Notes: generated by a model not told the origin, from the letters alone. DNA of 63,981 nucleotides, filler included, from an uncultured bacterium (GCA_964637655.1; 3 parts of 3 records of this genome joined end to end with filler, not necessarily neighbours in it), one strand, 5' to 3'; positions 1 to 9,968 are shown, counted from the first letter of the whole stretch. Numbers and translations: made by a program.

Positions 1-2
1 CG

Positions 3-200
3 GGCGTCGGTTATGCGTTCGGCGACCGCTTCGGTCATGTCATGGTCGGCGGCATCGAGGGGATGGCGGCCGGGGCGATGCTGACGATGATTGCCGCCAC
101 CATGCTCCCCGAGGCGGTGCACCGTGCCGGCGCAAACGGTGCCGGCCTCAGCACCCTCGCCGGGTTCCTCGCCGCTCTCGCCTTCAAACTGCTGGAGTAG
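3..200 (+). CDS. ZIP (GufA-like) divalent metal transporter, 3' end only
   Basis: Frame 3 reads GVGYAFGDRFGHVMVGGIEGMAAGAMLTMIAATMLPEA...GFLAALAFKLLE then TAG; AAGAML...MLPEA is typical of ZIP C-termini. Confidence 0.7.
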   Translation, partial: GVGYAFGDRFGHVMVGGIEGMAAGAMLTMIAATMLPEAVHRAGANGAGLSTLAGFLAALAFKLLE

Positions 201-879
201 CACCACCCGTCGGCGACGTCCGCCGCGACGGTCCGCGTGGGGCATCGACATGTCGCCGCGCACCGTCCGGAATACCACCCGTCACCTGCTCGCGCCGCAG
301 CTCACCGCGCATCCAGCGCGTGCGGTCAACTTTCATCGCCAGCACGTGCAGCAGCGGTTCCCCCACGGCTTCGCCTTCGAGCATGGTGAGTGCCAGCGCC
401 ACAGCCGCCATGGTGCAGAGTCGTCCGTCCCGGTCGGCGCTGCGCAGGCGCGGCAGCAGGATCGCGGGCGGCGGCAGCGTGACACAGGACAGGCCCTGCA
501 GGCAGGGAAGACGCCGCCGCATGCGGCTCGCCTGATTCCATGTGCCGTCAGGAACGAGCAGCGTGTCGGGCAACTGGCCGGGCCAGCGGTCGAGCGGTAT
601 GGCATCGTCGGCAGGAAAGAGCACCGCGGGGCGGCAGCCCACCGGGAGCACGGGCACCGGGGCGGGCTGGTCGCGCCCGCCAGTGGCGTGCAGTTCGCTG
701 CGGGTCAGGCAGTGATGCAGCAGCCGCGCGGTATTGCTCGGGCGGTGTGTCTCGAGCTGATGCACCAGCAGAATGACCCGCGTGCGCGTGGTCACCGGCA
801 GGACGTCAGCGCAGAGACAGAGCGGCAGGTGCAGACCGCAGACGGGACAGCGCGCCCGGCAGCAGGGGCGGCGGGTCAC
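184..879 (-). CDS. DTW-domain protein (tRNA acp3U aminocarboxypropyltransferase, TapT/YfiP-like)
   Basis: N-terminal CxxC...CLC, HQLE..RPSNTARL, PDGTW motif, LCTMAA. Confidence 0.85.
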   Translation of the reverse strand: MTRRPCCRARCPVCGLHLPLCLCADVLPVTTRTRVILLVHQLETHRPSNTARLLHHCLTRSELHATGGRDQPAPVPVLPVGCRPAVLFPADDAIPLDRWPGQLPDTLLVPDGTWNQASRMRRRLPCLQGLSCVTLPPPAILLPRLRSADRDGRLCTMAAVALALTMLEGEAVGEPLLHVLAMKVDRTRWMRGELRREQVTGGIPDGARRHVDAPRGPSRRTSPTGGATPAV

Positions 880-883
880 CCCG

Positions 884-1738
884 CTACGGAGTGCGCAACA
901 GCTTCCACGGATTGGCCTCGATATCGGCCGAGAACGCCTTGATGTTCTCCGAGGTCGCCGTGAAGTTGGCGATGATCTTGGCGAGGTTCTCGCGGTTCTC
1001 CTGCGTCATGCCGTCGGCATGCTCCGACAGCGAGCGCAGCGCGTTGGCCGCCGCGTCGATGTCCGCCGCCGTCTTCTTCAGTTCGCGCGACAGTTCCGCC
1101 GCGTTGCGCATGGTCGTGCGCAGGTCGCCGCGATTCTCGTTGAGCACGTCGCGCGAAGCCACCAGCAGTTCATCCGCGTGTGCCGTGGCGGCGCTGGCAT
1201 GGGCGATGACCTGGCGCAGGTCCGTCTGCACCGCCTGGTCAGTGAGGATGCTGTTGACCCCGTCGAGCATGGCGCGCAGCTGCGTGGAGATCTCGTCGCC
1301 GCGGCGGTGGATGAGGGTAAAGACGCTCGACATCATCAGCGGTTCGACCCCGTCAATGACATCCTGCTCACCGAGTTCCGTTTCGGTGTCGCTGACCTTC
1401 ATCAGCGCGATATATTTCTGCCCGATGAAGCCGGTGGTCTCGATGGTGGCGATCACGTCGCGGCGCAGCGGGATGTCGCCGGTGAGCGTGAAGGTGACCA
1501 GCACCGGCTCGGTGTCGCGCGTCACCACGACGCGCTCCACCTGCCCGATCTTGCACCCGGCATAGGTGACGGGCGCCTTCTCCTCGAGCGTGTCGACATA
1601 GAGGAAGCGCGCCGTGTAGGTGCGCTCGATGCGGTCGCACGAGGCGTTGTTGAGCATGAAGATCAACCCGACGAACACCAGCAGGGCGGCGCTGGTGAAG
1701 ATGCCGACGATGATCTCGTTCTTGCGGTCCTTGTCCAT
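884..1738 (-). CDS. mlaD: MlaD/MCE family protein
   Basis: N-terminal TM, MCE motifs (APVTYAGCKIGQV, TTGFIGQKYIAL), helical tail ending NPWKLL. Confidence 0.85.
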   Translation of the reverse strand: MDKDRKNEIIVGIFTSAALLVFVGLIFMLNNASCDRIERTYTARFLYVDTLEEKAPVTYAGCKIGQVERVVVTRDTEPVLVTFTLTGDIPLRRDVIATIETTGFIGQKYIALMKVSDTETELGEQDVIDGVEPLMMSSVFTLIHRRGDEISTQLRAMLDGVNSILTDQAVQTDLRQVIAHASAATAHADELLVASRDVLNENRGDLRTTMRNAAELSRELKKTAADIDAAANALRSLSEHADGMTQENRENLAKIIANFTATSENIKAFSADIEANPWKLLRTP

Positions 1739-1748
1739 GGTTCCTCTC

Positions 1749-2549
1749 CTACAGCTTGTTGTCCCCGTGCTTGATGAACTCGATATAGTCCTCGCGCGAA
1801 CGGCGCAGCGGGATGGGCCCGTCCGCCAGCCCGTGCACGAACTGGTGCACCAGCGGGTCGTCGGGCTGCTCGAAGATTTCCGGTTTGCCCATGCGCACGA
1901 TGCGCCCCTCGTGCAGCATCGCCATGCGGTCGGCGATGCGGAAGGCGAACTGCATCTCGTGGGTGACCACCACCGAGGTGGTGCGCATCTTGGCGGAGAT
2001 GTCCCTGATCAGCTGGTAGATGACCCCGCCGACGATCGGGTCGAGTCCCGCCCCCGGCTCGTCGTAGAAGACCACCTTGGGGTCGAGCGCGATGGCGCGG
2101 GCGAGCGCTACGCGCTTGCGCATGCCGCCCGAGATCTGCGCCGGCTTGAGGTCCTGAAACCCCGTCAGCCCGACCATGTCGAGTTTCATGCGCACCATGA
2201 TTTCGCTGATGCTCGGCGCCGTCTGCGTATGCTCGCGGATGGTCAGCGCCACGTTCTCCCCGAGGGTCAGCGAATTGAACAGCGCCCCGTGCTGGAAGCA
2301 CATGCCCCACTTCTTGCGCAGCTCGTTGAGCTCGTCGGGGGCCATGCCGACGATATCGCGCCCGTCGTAGCGGATATGCCCGGTGTCCGGTTTCTCGATG
2401 CCGATGAGGCAGCGCAGCAGCGTCGACTTGCCGCAGCCCGAGCCGCCCATGATAATCATCGTCTCGCCGTTCTCGATGGTCAGGTCGACATCCTGCAGCA
2501 CCCAGCGCCCGTCGAACTGCTTGGAGACGTTCTCGATCTCGATGCGCAT
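1749..2549 (-). CDS. mlaF: MlaF-type ABC ATPase
   Basis: GGSGCGKS, MCFQHGALFNSL, ISGGMRKRVALARA, YDEP.AGLDP. Confidence 0.9.
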   Translation of the reverse strand: MRIEIENVSKQFDGRWVLQDVDLTIENGETMIIMGGSGCGKSTLLRCLIGIEKPDTGHIRYDGRDIVGMAPDELNELRKKWGMCFQHGALFNSLTLGENVALTIREHTQTAPSISEIMVRMKLDMVGLTGFQDLKPAQISGGMRKRVALARAIALDPKVVFYDEPGAGLDPIVGGVIYQLIRDISAKMRTTSVVVTHEMQFAFRIADRMAMLHEGRIVRMGKPEIFEQPDDPLVHQFVHGLADGPIPLRRSREDYIEFIKHGDNKL

Positions 2550-2550
2550 G

Positions 2551-3342
2551 TCAGAACACCGTCAGGGCTGTCGCCAGCCCGTCCACGATGACAATCAGAA
2601 AGATCGACGAGACCACCGCTTCGGTGGTGGCGCGCCCGACCCCTTCGGCGCCGCCGGTCACGTTGAGCCCCTTGTAGCAGCCGACGATGCCGATGACCGC
2701 GCCGAAGGCGGCGGCCTTGCCCAGCCCGGTGAGCACGTCGTCACCGAGCTTGAGGAAGTCGAAAGTCATCTTCTGGTAGAGCAGCGGGTCCATCTGCGCG
2801 TAGAGGTAGGAATACATCATGCCGCCGATCATGCCGCAGGCGTCGGCGAGCATGGTCAGCAGCGGGGTCATGATGACGATGGCGATCAGGCGCGGCACGA
2901 CGAGGAACCTGATGGGGTTGAGCGCCATCACCTCGAGCGCGTCGATCTCCTCCGAAACGCGCATGGTGCCAAGTTCCGCCGCCATCGAGGCGCCGATGCG
3001 CCCGGCCAGCACCACTGCGACCATCAGCGGGCCGAGTTCGCGGCAAACCGAGACGCCGACCATGGCGCCGGTGAACACCTCCGCCCCGAACTGGCTCAGC
3101 TGGTAGATCGCCTGCATGGCGAGGATCAGCCCGATGATCCAGGCGATGAGCGCGACGATGGGAAGCGAATCCGCGCCGATCAGCCGCATCTGGTGGATGG
3201 TCTCCGCGCGGCGGATGGGATGCCCCTGGAAGGGGCGGACGAAGGTCCAGTAGAGGGCCGCAAGCAGCAGGCGGGCAAACCGGGCCTGCTGGACAAGCGC
3301 GTCGAGGACGCGCCCGCCGATAAAACCGAAGAACGCGGTCAT
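2551..3342 (-). CDS. mlaE: MlaE-type ABC permease
   Basis: RELGPL, GRIGASMAAELGTMRVSEEIDALEVM, GGAEGVGRATT. Confidence 0.92.
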   Translation of the reverse strand: MTAFFGFIGGRVLDALVQQARFARLLLAALYWTFVRPFQGHPIRRAETIHQMRLIGADSLPIVALIAWIIGLILAMQAIYQLSQFGAEVFTGAMVGVSVCRELGPLMVAVVLAGRIGASMAAELGTMRVSEEIDALEVMALNPIRFLVVPRLIAIVIMTPLLTMLADACGMIGGMMYSYLYAQMDPLLYQKMTFDFLKLGDDVLTGLGKAAAFGAVIGIVGCYKGLNVTGGAEGVGRATTEAVVSSIFLIVIVDGLATALTVF

Positions 3343-3645
3343 CTACTGCACCGTGAACACCGACAGGAGGTTCGCCAGTTCGAACACCGACCGGACGTTC
3401 TCCGTCATCTGCGCCAGCACCAGCTGGCCGCCGTAGGCGTTGCACTGCTGCAGGCACTCGACCAGCGTGGCGATGCCCGACGAGTCCATGTAGGGGACGC
3501 CGGCGAGGTTGACCTCGATGAGGCGCACCTTCTCCTTCGTCAGCCGGTGCAGCGCCTCGCGCAGCTGCGCCGACGTGCTCATGTCGACGTCGCCGGTAAC
3601 AAGCACCCGCTGGCGGTCCACCTGCGTCTCCGTCCTGACCTCCAT
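3343..3645 (-). CDS. STAS-domain protein (anti-sigma factor antagonist, RsbV/SpoIIAA-like; MlaB position)
   Basis: 100 aa, GDVD, YMDSSGIATLV phosphorylation motif. Confidence 0.9.
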   Translation of the reverse strand: MEVRTETQVDRQRVLVTGDVDMSTSAQLREALHRLTKEKVRLIEVNLAGVPYMDSSGIATLVECLQQCNAYGGQLVLAQMTENVRSVFELANLLSVFTVQ

Positions 3646-3646
3646 G

Positions 3647-5329
3647 TTATGCGGTCTCCTTCTGCGGCAGGCGTTTGCGCAGGGTCAGCAGCGTCCCCTG
3701 CTCCTGCTGCGTATCATAGTCGACGTCATCCATCACCGAGCGGATAAAATGCACGCCCAGTCCGCCGGGGCGCACGTCCGCCAGTTCCCGGCTGCAGATC
3801 TTGTCCGTTTCCACCGTGCGGCCCCAGTCGCGCAGGACGAAGGTCAGCGTTTCCGCGTCCGCCGTCACCGTCACGGCGATGCGCCCGTCGCGCCGGTTGT
3901 CGTAACTGTGGCGGATGATGTTGGTCAGCGCCTCGTCGAGCGCCAGCTTGAGCTTGTTGGTGCAGTCGGCCGTGAACGCGCGCTCCTGCCCGAGCTGGTC
4001 GATGAGCGCGCGCATGACCCGCAGGAAGCGCGGGTCGCTGGCAAAGGCGAGCCGGTACTCCGCCAGCGGCTGCGGGCGCCATTGCAGCGCGACCACGGTC
4101 AGGTCGTCGTGCAGCGCCGCCTGCCCCTCCGCCGCGTTGACCTCGGCGAAGATGCGCGTGGCGAGCACGTTCAGCGGCACCTGCTGCGTGCGCACCACCT
4201 CCGCCAGCCCCTCGAGCCCGAGGTCAAGGCCGCCGCTCTCCGCCTCCGTCACCCCGTCGGTGTAGAGGATGACGCGGTCGCCGGGCTGCAGCTGCACCCG
4301 CTGCGACGCCAGGTTCAGGTCGGGAATGATGCCGAGCGGGGGGCCGCCCCCCTCGACGAGGAAGGTGGTCTGCCCGTCGAGCCCGAGCACCAGCGGCGGC
4401 AGGTGCCCGGCGCGGAAGACCTCGAGCGCGCCCGCCGCCGTGTCGAGCACCAGCAGCGCCAGCGTGACGAACATCCCCTTCTGCGACTGCGCGAAGAGCT
4501 GCGCGTTGAGCAGTGCCAGCCCGAGCCCCGGATTATCCGACCCCTTGAGCTGGTAGCGCAGCATGTTCATCAGGTTGGCCATGTACAGCGCCGCGGGGAC
4601 GCCCTTGCCCGACACGTCGCCGATGATGATGCACAGCCGCCGCTCGTCCAGCGGGAAGAAATCGTAGAAGTCGCCGCTCACCGTGCGCGCCGGGATGTTG
4701 CTCGCGTGCAGGTGGAGGTCCGCCGACGGCGGCGGCGGGGCGGGGAGGAACGAGCGCTGGATCAGCTGCGCCGTTTCCAGTTCCTGCTGCATCCGCTGCT
4801 GCTCGAGCATGCGCCCGTGCAGCGCCGCGTTGGCAATCGCGATAGCCAGCTGCCCGCCGAACACGGTGAACAGTTCGAGGTCGTCAGCGTCGAACGACTG
4901 CCCGTCCTTGCGGTTGATGACCTGCGCCACCCCGAGCAGCGTGTCCTTGTTGAGCAGCGGGATGCAGACAATCGATTTGGTGGTGAACCCCGTCTTGCGG
5001 TCCCACGAGGAGTCGAAGCGCGGGTCGGCGTAGGCGTCGGGGACCAGCAGCGCCTCGCGATGCTGGGCCACCCAGCCGGCGATGCCGCGGCCGAGTTTGA
5101 CCTGTGCCGACTGCAGCTGGTTGCAGACCTCGCCGAGCGCGGTGACAAACTGCAGTTCCTCGCCGCTCTCATTGAGCAGCAGCAGGCAGCCCGCCTCCGC
5201 CCCCATCACCTCCTGCTCGATGGTGAGCGCGCGGCGCAGGACCTCCTGCAATTCGAGCGTGGAAGAGAGCACCTTGCTCACCTCCATCACGCCCATCAGT
5301 TTGTCGATCTTGCGCTGCAGTTTTTCCAC
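3647..5329 (-). CDS. GAF + PP2C/SpoIIE phosphatase + RsbW-type HATPase kinase fusion
   Basis: GAF (GIAGWV, DPRFD), PP2C (VSGDFYD, GDVSGKG, YTDGVTEA, DDLT), kinase (EALTNIIRHSY, D.G, GGLGVHFI). Confidence 0.88.
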   Translation of the reverse strand: MEKLQRKIDKLMGVMEVSKVLSSTLELQEVLRRALTIEQEVMGAEAGCLLLLNESGEELQFVTALGEVCNQLQSAQVKLGRGIAGWVAQHREALLVPDAYADPRFDSSWDRKTGFTTKSIVCIPLLNKDTLLGVAQVINRKDGQSFDADDLELFTVFGGQLAIAIANAALHGRMLEQQRMQQELETAQLIQRSFLPAPPPPSADLHLHASNIPARTVSGDFYDFFPLDERRLCIIIGDVSGKGVPAALYMANLMNMLRYQLKGSDNPGLGLALLNAQLFAQSQKGMFVTLALLVLDTAAGALEVFRAGHLPPLVLGLDGQTTFLVEGGGPPLGIIPDLNLASQRVQLQPGDRVILYTDGVTEAESGGLDLGLEGLAEVVRTQQVPLNVLATRIFAEVNAAEGQAALHDDLTVVALQWRPQPLAEYRLAFASDPRFLRVMRALIDQLGQERAFTADCTNKLKLALDEALTNIIRHSYDNRRDGRIAVTVTADAETLTFVLRDWGRTVETDKICSRELADVRPGGLGVHFIRSVMDDVDYDTQQEQGTLLTLRKRLPQKETA

Positions 5330-5568
5330 TGCTCCCCCGCCTAACTATATGAATGCAAGGGATTGTAGCACAGGGGAAAGTGCCCGTCAATAACGCGGTG
5401 GGCTGCCGGTGGTGCGGAACGCCATGGTCGTCGTCGCTTGTGTCCTCAAGGGCAAAGGCCGTTTCCGGGCCGCGCGTTGCACATCCCGGCGCTGCGCGCC
5501 CTCCGTTGCTCCCGGCTGAGACGCCCGCAGTTGTTGCTCGCAACGCGAACGCCAGCGCGGCCGGGACG

Positions 5569-6321
5569 CTACCGGCTCATGGCGTCCGTATCCGCCGGGC
5601 CTGCTTGCACGATGCGGGCAAAAATGCTTCCGGTTTGACGTTGCAGCAGCGCACGGGCTTCCTCACTAACTGCCACCTCGCCGCCAAATCCACGCACCCC
5701 CGCACTACCGCTCATTCTGCGATCGCCCAACACCCCCAGCTGGGCGCGGGTCATGCCGATGATTATCGTCGTGCGGTCGCTGTTCTCCTCACCAGCCACC
5801 TGCTGCAGCCAGGCGGACAGGATTGCCCGCCCCGGTGCCGCGGTTATTCCCGGATGCGCCGCGGCATACGCCGCCGGTAGTGCCGGCGGGACAGCTGTTG
5901 CCGGGTCAAGTTCGCAGACCGTGAGCAGGCCGCCATTGTTTACGCGCAGCAGGTTGCCGGCCATGAGCGACATCAGCAACGGGCGCCGGGCTGCACGACG
6001 CTGATAGGCGACTTGCACACTTTCCATCGACTTCATCTGGCGAATCAGTTCCGCCGCCAGCGGCGACAGTTGGCGTTCATCAGCCCAGGCCGGCGTTGCG
6101 CACCACCGCAGTGCCACGCTGACCGGATCACCTGCCGGCACCGGAACACACGAGACCGGCGTATCGTTGAGATATTCGGTTTCCAGCGCTTCCAAAGCCT
6201 GCTGCGCGTCCCGGGCGGGAAAAACAACCGTTTCTGTACGATTGCTACCCGTGGACGTACACGCGCCGATCCCCAGCACCAACAGCACCCCGAACAACCA
6301 TACTAAGCGCGAGTTCATCAT
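5569..6321 (-). CDS. Lipoprotein, weak DUF1318/YdbL-like similarity
   Basis: Lipobox IGAC; RVNNGGLL and EENSDR resemble YdbL motifs. Confidence 0.55.
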   Translation of the reverse strand: MMNSRLVWLFGVLLVLGIGACTSTGSNRTETVVFPARDAQQALEALETEYLNDTPVSCVPVPAGDPVSVALRWCATPAWADERQLSPLAAELIRQMKSMESVQVAYQRRAARRPLLMSLMAGNLLRVNNGGLLTVCELDPATAVPPALPAAYAAAHPGITAAPGRAILSAWLQQVAGEENSDRTTIIIGMTRAQLGVLGDRRMSGSAGVRGFGGEVAVSEEARALLQRQTGSIFARIVQAGPADTDAMSR

Positions 6322-6339
6322 TATTCCCCCATGCGCACG

Positions 6340-7608
6340 TCAGAACGTATAGCCGAAATTCGCCTTTACTCCATTCGCCCCGCCGGCAAAATAGTATGAT
6401 ACCCCGACGCGGAAATTGTTCAATTCACTGAACGTGCTGCCGCCCTCCGTGCTTTGGTCGCGGCGCATCAGGCCATAGGCCACACCAACCTCATCGTACG
6501 CGTCAGTGTGGACATCCGTGCCGAACAGCCGGGTGTCGACGAAGAACAGCTCAAGCGCTGAGCCGCGCGCCCACGTAGCCACTTCCAGCGGAAATGAGTA
6601 CATCACCCCGGTGCGCAGAACCGTGTTGTGGACATCAGGATCATATGAATAGTCGCCATACGAAAACTTGAGGGTGCTGTAGTAGCCGAGCAGATTGCCG
6701 ATGTGCAGTTTTTGGCCTTCTCCAAGCGGAATGGTATAGGCGCTGGTCACCGATGTCCCGACCATTTGCGCCACCGCCCCCAGGTCAAGCGAAGCGCCCA
6801 TCCCGTAATTGAGCGCAGGCGTCAACACCCATTGCGGGTTGATCGGCTTGCTGTAGGACACCCCCAGCCCCACCTGATAACTCTTCGCGCTGCGCACTTC
6901 CGACATGCTGAGCGGCATGCGCAACGTCAGCCGTTCACGATAATCCTGGTTGCTGACAAACGCATAGGACAGCGGCAGCGTCACCCCCTGGTTGCGCGCC
7001 CCCCCCTGATCGATATTGAAGTAATCCATGCCAAAGTGAAACTGGTTTTCATTGTCATTGCCCTGGCCGTCCGCCCGGTCAGCGAGAATACTGGTTTGGT
7101 GCATGAAACCGTCACTGAAATCCTGCTGGATCATCGTTCCCTGCACACTCTCCGGACCGCCAGCCAGGATGTTGTTCGGTCGCTTCGCCAATTCGCGCAT
7201 CAGCGCTTCCAGCGACGACGCCCCATTCGTCTCCAGCCAGTCACCCAGCAAGTCAATGCTGGCATCACGCGTGGCGCCGGCAAAGGTCTGGTTGACCCCG
7301 ATGCTGGGGATGGAGAGCGTCAGGGTCGGACTGCCCGCGGCCGCCGATAAGTAGATCGGCAAGCCGTGTTCGTCGCCCATCAGCCAGAACGTGATGCTCG
7401 CCGCCGAAACATCGGTGTAGCTCGCGGCCATCGCGGTCAGTTGCGCCCGGTCAAGACCGTTCAGTCCGTCCTCAATGGTGTTGAACCCCTGTTTGTAGGT
7501 CTGCCCCCCCGTGGTCAGTTCGACAACAAAATTGTTGTCAAGCGCCAGTGCCGCATACGGCACGCCAACGAGTATCCCCACCAGCAATCCCACCCACCAT
7601 GTACGCAT
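6340..7608 (-). CDS. Exported hypothetical protein, probable C-terminal outer-membrane beta-barrel
   Basis: Signal peptide, amphipathic beta strands in C-half, ends ANFGYTF. Confidence 0.65.
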   Translation of the reverse strand: MRTWWVGLLVGILVGVPYAALALDNNFVVELTTGGQTYKQGFNTIEDGLNGLDRAQLTAMAASYTDVSAASITFWLMGDEHGLPIYLSAAAGSPTLTLSIPSIGVNQTFAGATRDASIDLLGDWLETNGASSLEALMRELAKRPNNILAGGPESVQGTMIQQDFSDGFMHQTSILADRADGQGNDNENQFHFGMDYFNIDQGGARNQGVTLPLSYAFVSNQDYRERLTLRMPLSMSEVRSAKSYQVGLGVSYSKPINPQWVLTPALNYGMGASLDLGAVAQMVGTSVTSAYTIPLGEGQKLHIGNLLGYYSTLKFSYGDYSYDPDVHNTVLRTGVMYSFPLEVATWARGSALELFFVDTRLFGTDVHTDAYDEVGVAYGLMRRDQSTEGGSTFSELNNFRVGVSYYFAGGANGVKANFGYTF

Positions 7609-7674
7609 CTCGTATCTCCTCTGGCCGCGCCAGGCACGGCGTTTTCATTCTTCGACGGCCTGCGGCCGTCACTG

Positions 7675-8133
7675 TTAGTGCCAGTTGGATGCGGCTTGCG
7701 CTGTCACCGCTGCCAGACAGCGATCAGCCGCAGACATCATCTGTTCCGGGGTCGCCGCGATCAGCGTTTCCTCCGGCCGGCCATGCCGACGGAGCCACGC
7801 TTCGTGCACGGTGTAGGTGACCCGCGCCCTGTCCCCGTCAGGAGTCACCGCCATAGCATACGGAAAATCATTATCAATCACCAGCACCTGCCGTTGCGCG
7901 TCATCAATTTTCACCACGACGCCGTTCTGCATGACCACCAGCAGCACCGCCTGCCACGCGGCTGCCGGCGATACTGCGAGCCGGGTGCTCTGCGCATAAC
8001 CCCAACGGGGGAATTCAGCCGCCGCAAAGCGCTGTTCCGTCTGATATTCCAGTTCCGAAAGAATGCGCACACCCAGGCCGCCGCCGGTACAACCCGTGCC
8101 CAGCAGCAGCACCAGCACGGCAAGATACCGCAT
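7675..8133 (-). CDS. Hypothetical lipoprotein
   Basis: Start at MRYLAVLVLLLGTGC (lipobox); TGATG overlap with the upstream stop. Confidence 0.7.
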   Translation of the reverse strand: MRYLAVLVLLLGTGCTGGGLGVRILSELEYQTEQRFAAAEFPRWGYAQSTRLAVSPAAAWQAVLLVVMQNGVVVKIDDAQRQVLVIDNDFPYAMAVTPDGDRARVTYTVHEAWLRRHGRPEETLIAATPEQMMSAADRCLAAVTAQAASNWH

Positions 8134-9281
8134 CAACGTGCCACCGCTCCCGCAATGCGGCGATACACTTCCTGTTCCAGCGCTTCTGTGGAGAGCGCCC
8201 CCTGTTTCCAGACATCCAGGAAAACCGTCGTTTGCTGCGGGGAACGTTCGCACACCATGCCGTTGACATAGAGATCGTAGGGGTTCACTTCCAGATCAAG
8301 CCGCGGCAGGGCCACCGTAAGCATCCCCGCCGGTGCATCAGCGACGATAATACGCGCTCCGGGCAGCCCGGTCATGGCCGCATGCAAGGCCGGCCAGATT
8401 TCCGCACGCGAGTTGACGTACGTGCGCCTTGGTTCTGCCGGCGCATCCGCCGCATAATCATCAAGCCCGGCGCGCAATTCACGCTCCGGCTGGTATGCCT
8501 GCGCGCGTGTCCGGGCAGTCGTTGCCTCGGTCAGCAGCAACGCCCGCACCTTCTCCTGGCGTTCCGCCGCTCCCGGATGGTCTCCTGCATCTCCCGTTTC
8601 GAACAATACCGTACGCCCGATAACCTCGACTAATGCCTGCGGGGGATACCCTGCGGCCAGGAGATAATAGACCGCATGCTCGTCGGCTTCCAGTTCCTGC
8701 GTGCGTGAATAACCATTCGTCATCATCACCGCGATGCTGCTGCCCACCTTGTTGCCCAGCAGGCGCGCCGCCTGGCCGAGCGCCGGCCCCGCCGCCGCCC
8801 CGGCTCCCGTCCGCCCCGCCACCACCCCCAGTGCCACAGTCAAGGCATTGGCAACCAGCGCACGACCGAACACGTCACCTTGCTGTCCTTGGTGCAGAAC
8901 ATTGAGCGCATGCTGACCGCGCAAATGATGGTATTCATGGGCCAGCAGTGCCGCCAGCAGATTTTCGTCGTTTTCCAGGCGCTGCAGCATGCCGTACGTG
9001 ACATACAGCGTGCCCCCCGCATCGGCAAAAGCATTGGCTGTCAGTGCATTGAGCAGCACGGCCTGCGCCGGCGGGCCGCCTGTCGCGGCCTGCAAACGCT
9101 GAAGAATTGTCGTCAGAGTCATCAGGCGTGAATCATCGTACAGAACGCGATACTGGCTCAACATCAGGCGCTGCTCGTAGTTGCCCAGTCGAGCGACATC
9201 ATCCGCCGCGCCAGCCGGTCCCACAATGCCGGCAAGCATCACCGCAAGAATTACTGCCATCCCCCGGTTATTGACGCGCAT
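8133..9281 (-). CDS. M48 family zinc metallopeptidase (BepA/YfgC-like)
   Basis: NAFA..GG, AHEYHH, YSRTQELEAD, DHP motif, signal peptide. Confidence 0.85.
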   Translation of the reverse strand: MRVNNRGMAVILAVMLAGIVGPAGAADDVARLGNYEQRLMLSQYRVLYDDSRLMTLTTILQRLQAATGGPPAQAVLLNALTANAFADAGGTLYVTYGMLQRLENDENLLAALLAHEYHHLRGQHALNVLHQGQQGDVFGRALVANALTVALGVVAGRTGAGAAAGPALGQAARLLGNKVGSSIAVMMTNGYSRTQELEADEHAVYYLLAAGYPPQALVEVIGRTVLFETGDAGDHPGAAERQEKVRALLLTEATTARTRAQAYQPERELRAGLDDYAADAPAEPRRTYVNSRAEIWPALHAAMTGLPGARIIVADAPAGMLTVALPRLDLEVNPYDLYVNGMVCERSPQQTTVFLDVWKQGALSTEALEQEVYRRIAGAVAR

Positions 9282-9401
9282 GCCGTCATGTTAGCAGATG
9301 GTTATGGGCGCGTCAAGAGCAGTTCCATGGGTCCTTGACGCGGCAAAGCTGCCGCGCTATACTCATACGGTACGGTGCAACCAGCGCCACGGAGGTTCGA
9401 C

Positions 9402-9854
9402 ATGCTGCAGGAATTCAAGGCCTTTGCGGTCAAGGGGAACGTGGTCGACATGGCGGTCGGCGTCATCATCGGCGCCGCCTTCGGGGCCATCGTCACCTCG
9501 CTGGTCAACGATGTCATCATGCCGCCCGTCGGCGTGCTGCTTGGCGGGGCCGATTTCGCCAACCATTTCGTCGTGCTCAAGGCGGGGGCGGCGCTTGCCC
9601 CGCCTTACGCCACCATCGAGGCAGCTAAGGAAGCCGGAGCAGTCACGCTCAATTACGGGAAATTCATCAACAGCATCATCAGTTTCCTCATCGTCGCCTT
9701 CTCTGTCTTCCTGCTCGTGCGCTCACTGCTCCGCCTGAAAAAACAGGAGGCAGCGGCACCGGCCGCACCGACGACGAAGGATTGCCCGCACTGCTGCAGC
9801 GCCGTCCCGCTCAAGGCGACCCGCTGCCCGCACTGCACCTCGACGCTCACTTGA
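9402..9854 (+). CDS. mscL: Large-conductance mechanosensitive channel with C-terminal zinc ribbon
   Basis: [37 protein letters not shown] tail; RBS GGAGG. Confidence 0.93.
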   Translation: MLQEFKAFAVKGNVVDMAVGVIIGAAFGAIVTSLVNDVIMPPVGVLLGGADFANHFVVLKAGAALAPPYATIEAAKEAGAVTLNYGKFINSIISFLIVAFSVFLLVRSLLRLKKQEAAAPAAPTTKDCPHCCSAVPLKATRCPHCTSTLT

Positions 9855-9879
9855 CTTTTTCGCGGCAGTAGCATATACT
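9851..9879 (+). promoter_or_regulatory. Sigma70-type promoter of tRNA-Gln
   Basis: TTGACT-N17-TATACT, 12 nt before the tRNA; -35 overlaps the mscL stop codon. Confidence 0.75.
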
Positions 9880-9891
9880 TTCGCCGTCTGT

Positions 9892-9967
9892 TGGGGAGTC
9901 GCCAAACTGGCAAGGCGCCAGACTCTGGATCTGGTTATTGGGGGTTCGAGTCCCTCCTCCCCAGCCA
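9892..9967 (+). tRNA. tRNA-Gln(CTG)
   Basis: Acceptor TGGGGAG/CTCCCCA, anticodon arm CCAGA-CTCTGGA-TCTGG, T-loop TTCGAGT, encoded CCA. Confidence 0.95.
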
Positions 9968-9968
9968 C

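Noticed and set aside
9780-9854. MscL zinc-ribbon tail as a novelty
   Set aside because: This C-terminal CPxC..CPxC extension is common in MscL proteins of many bacteria.
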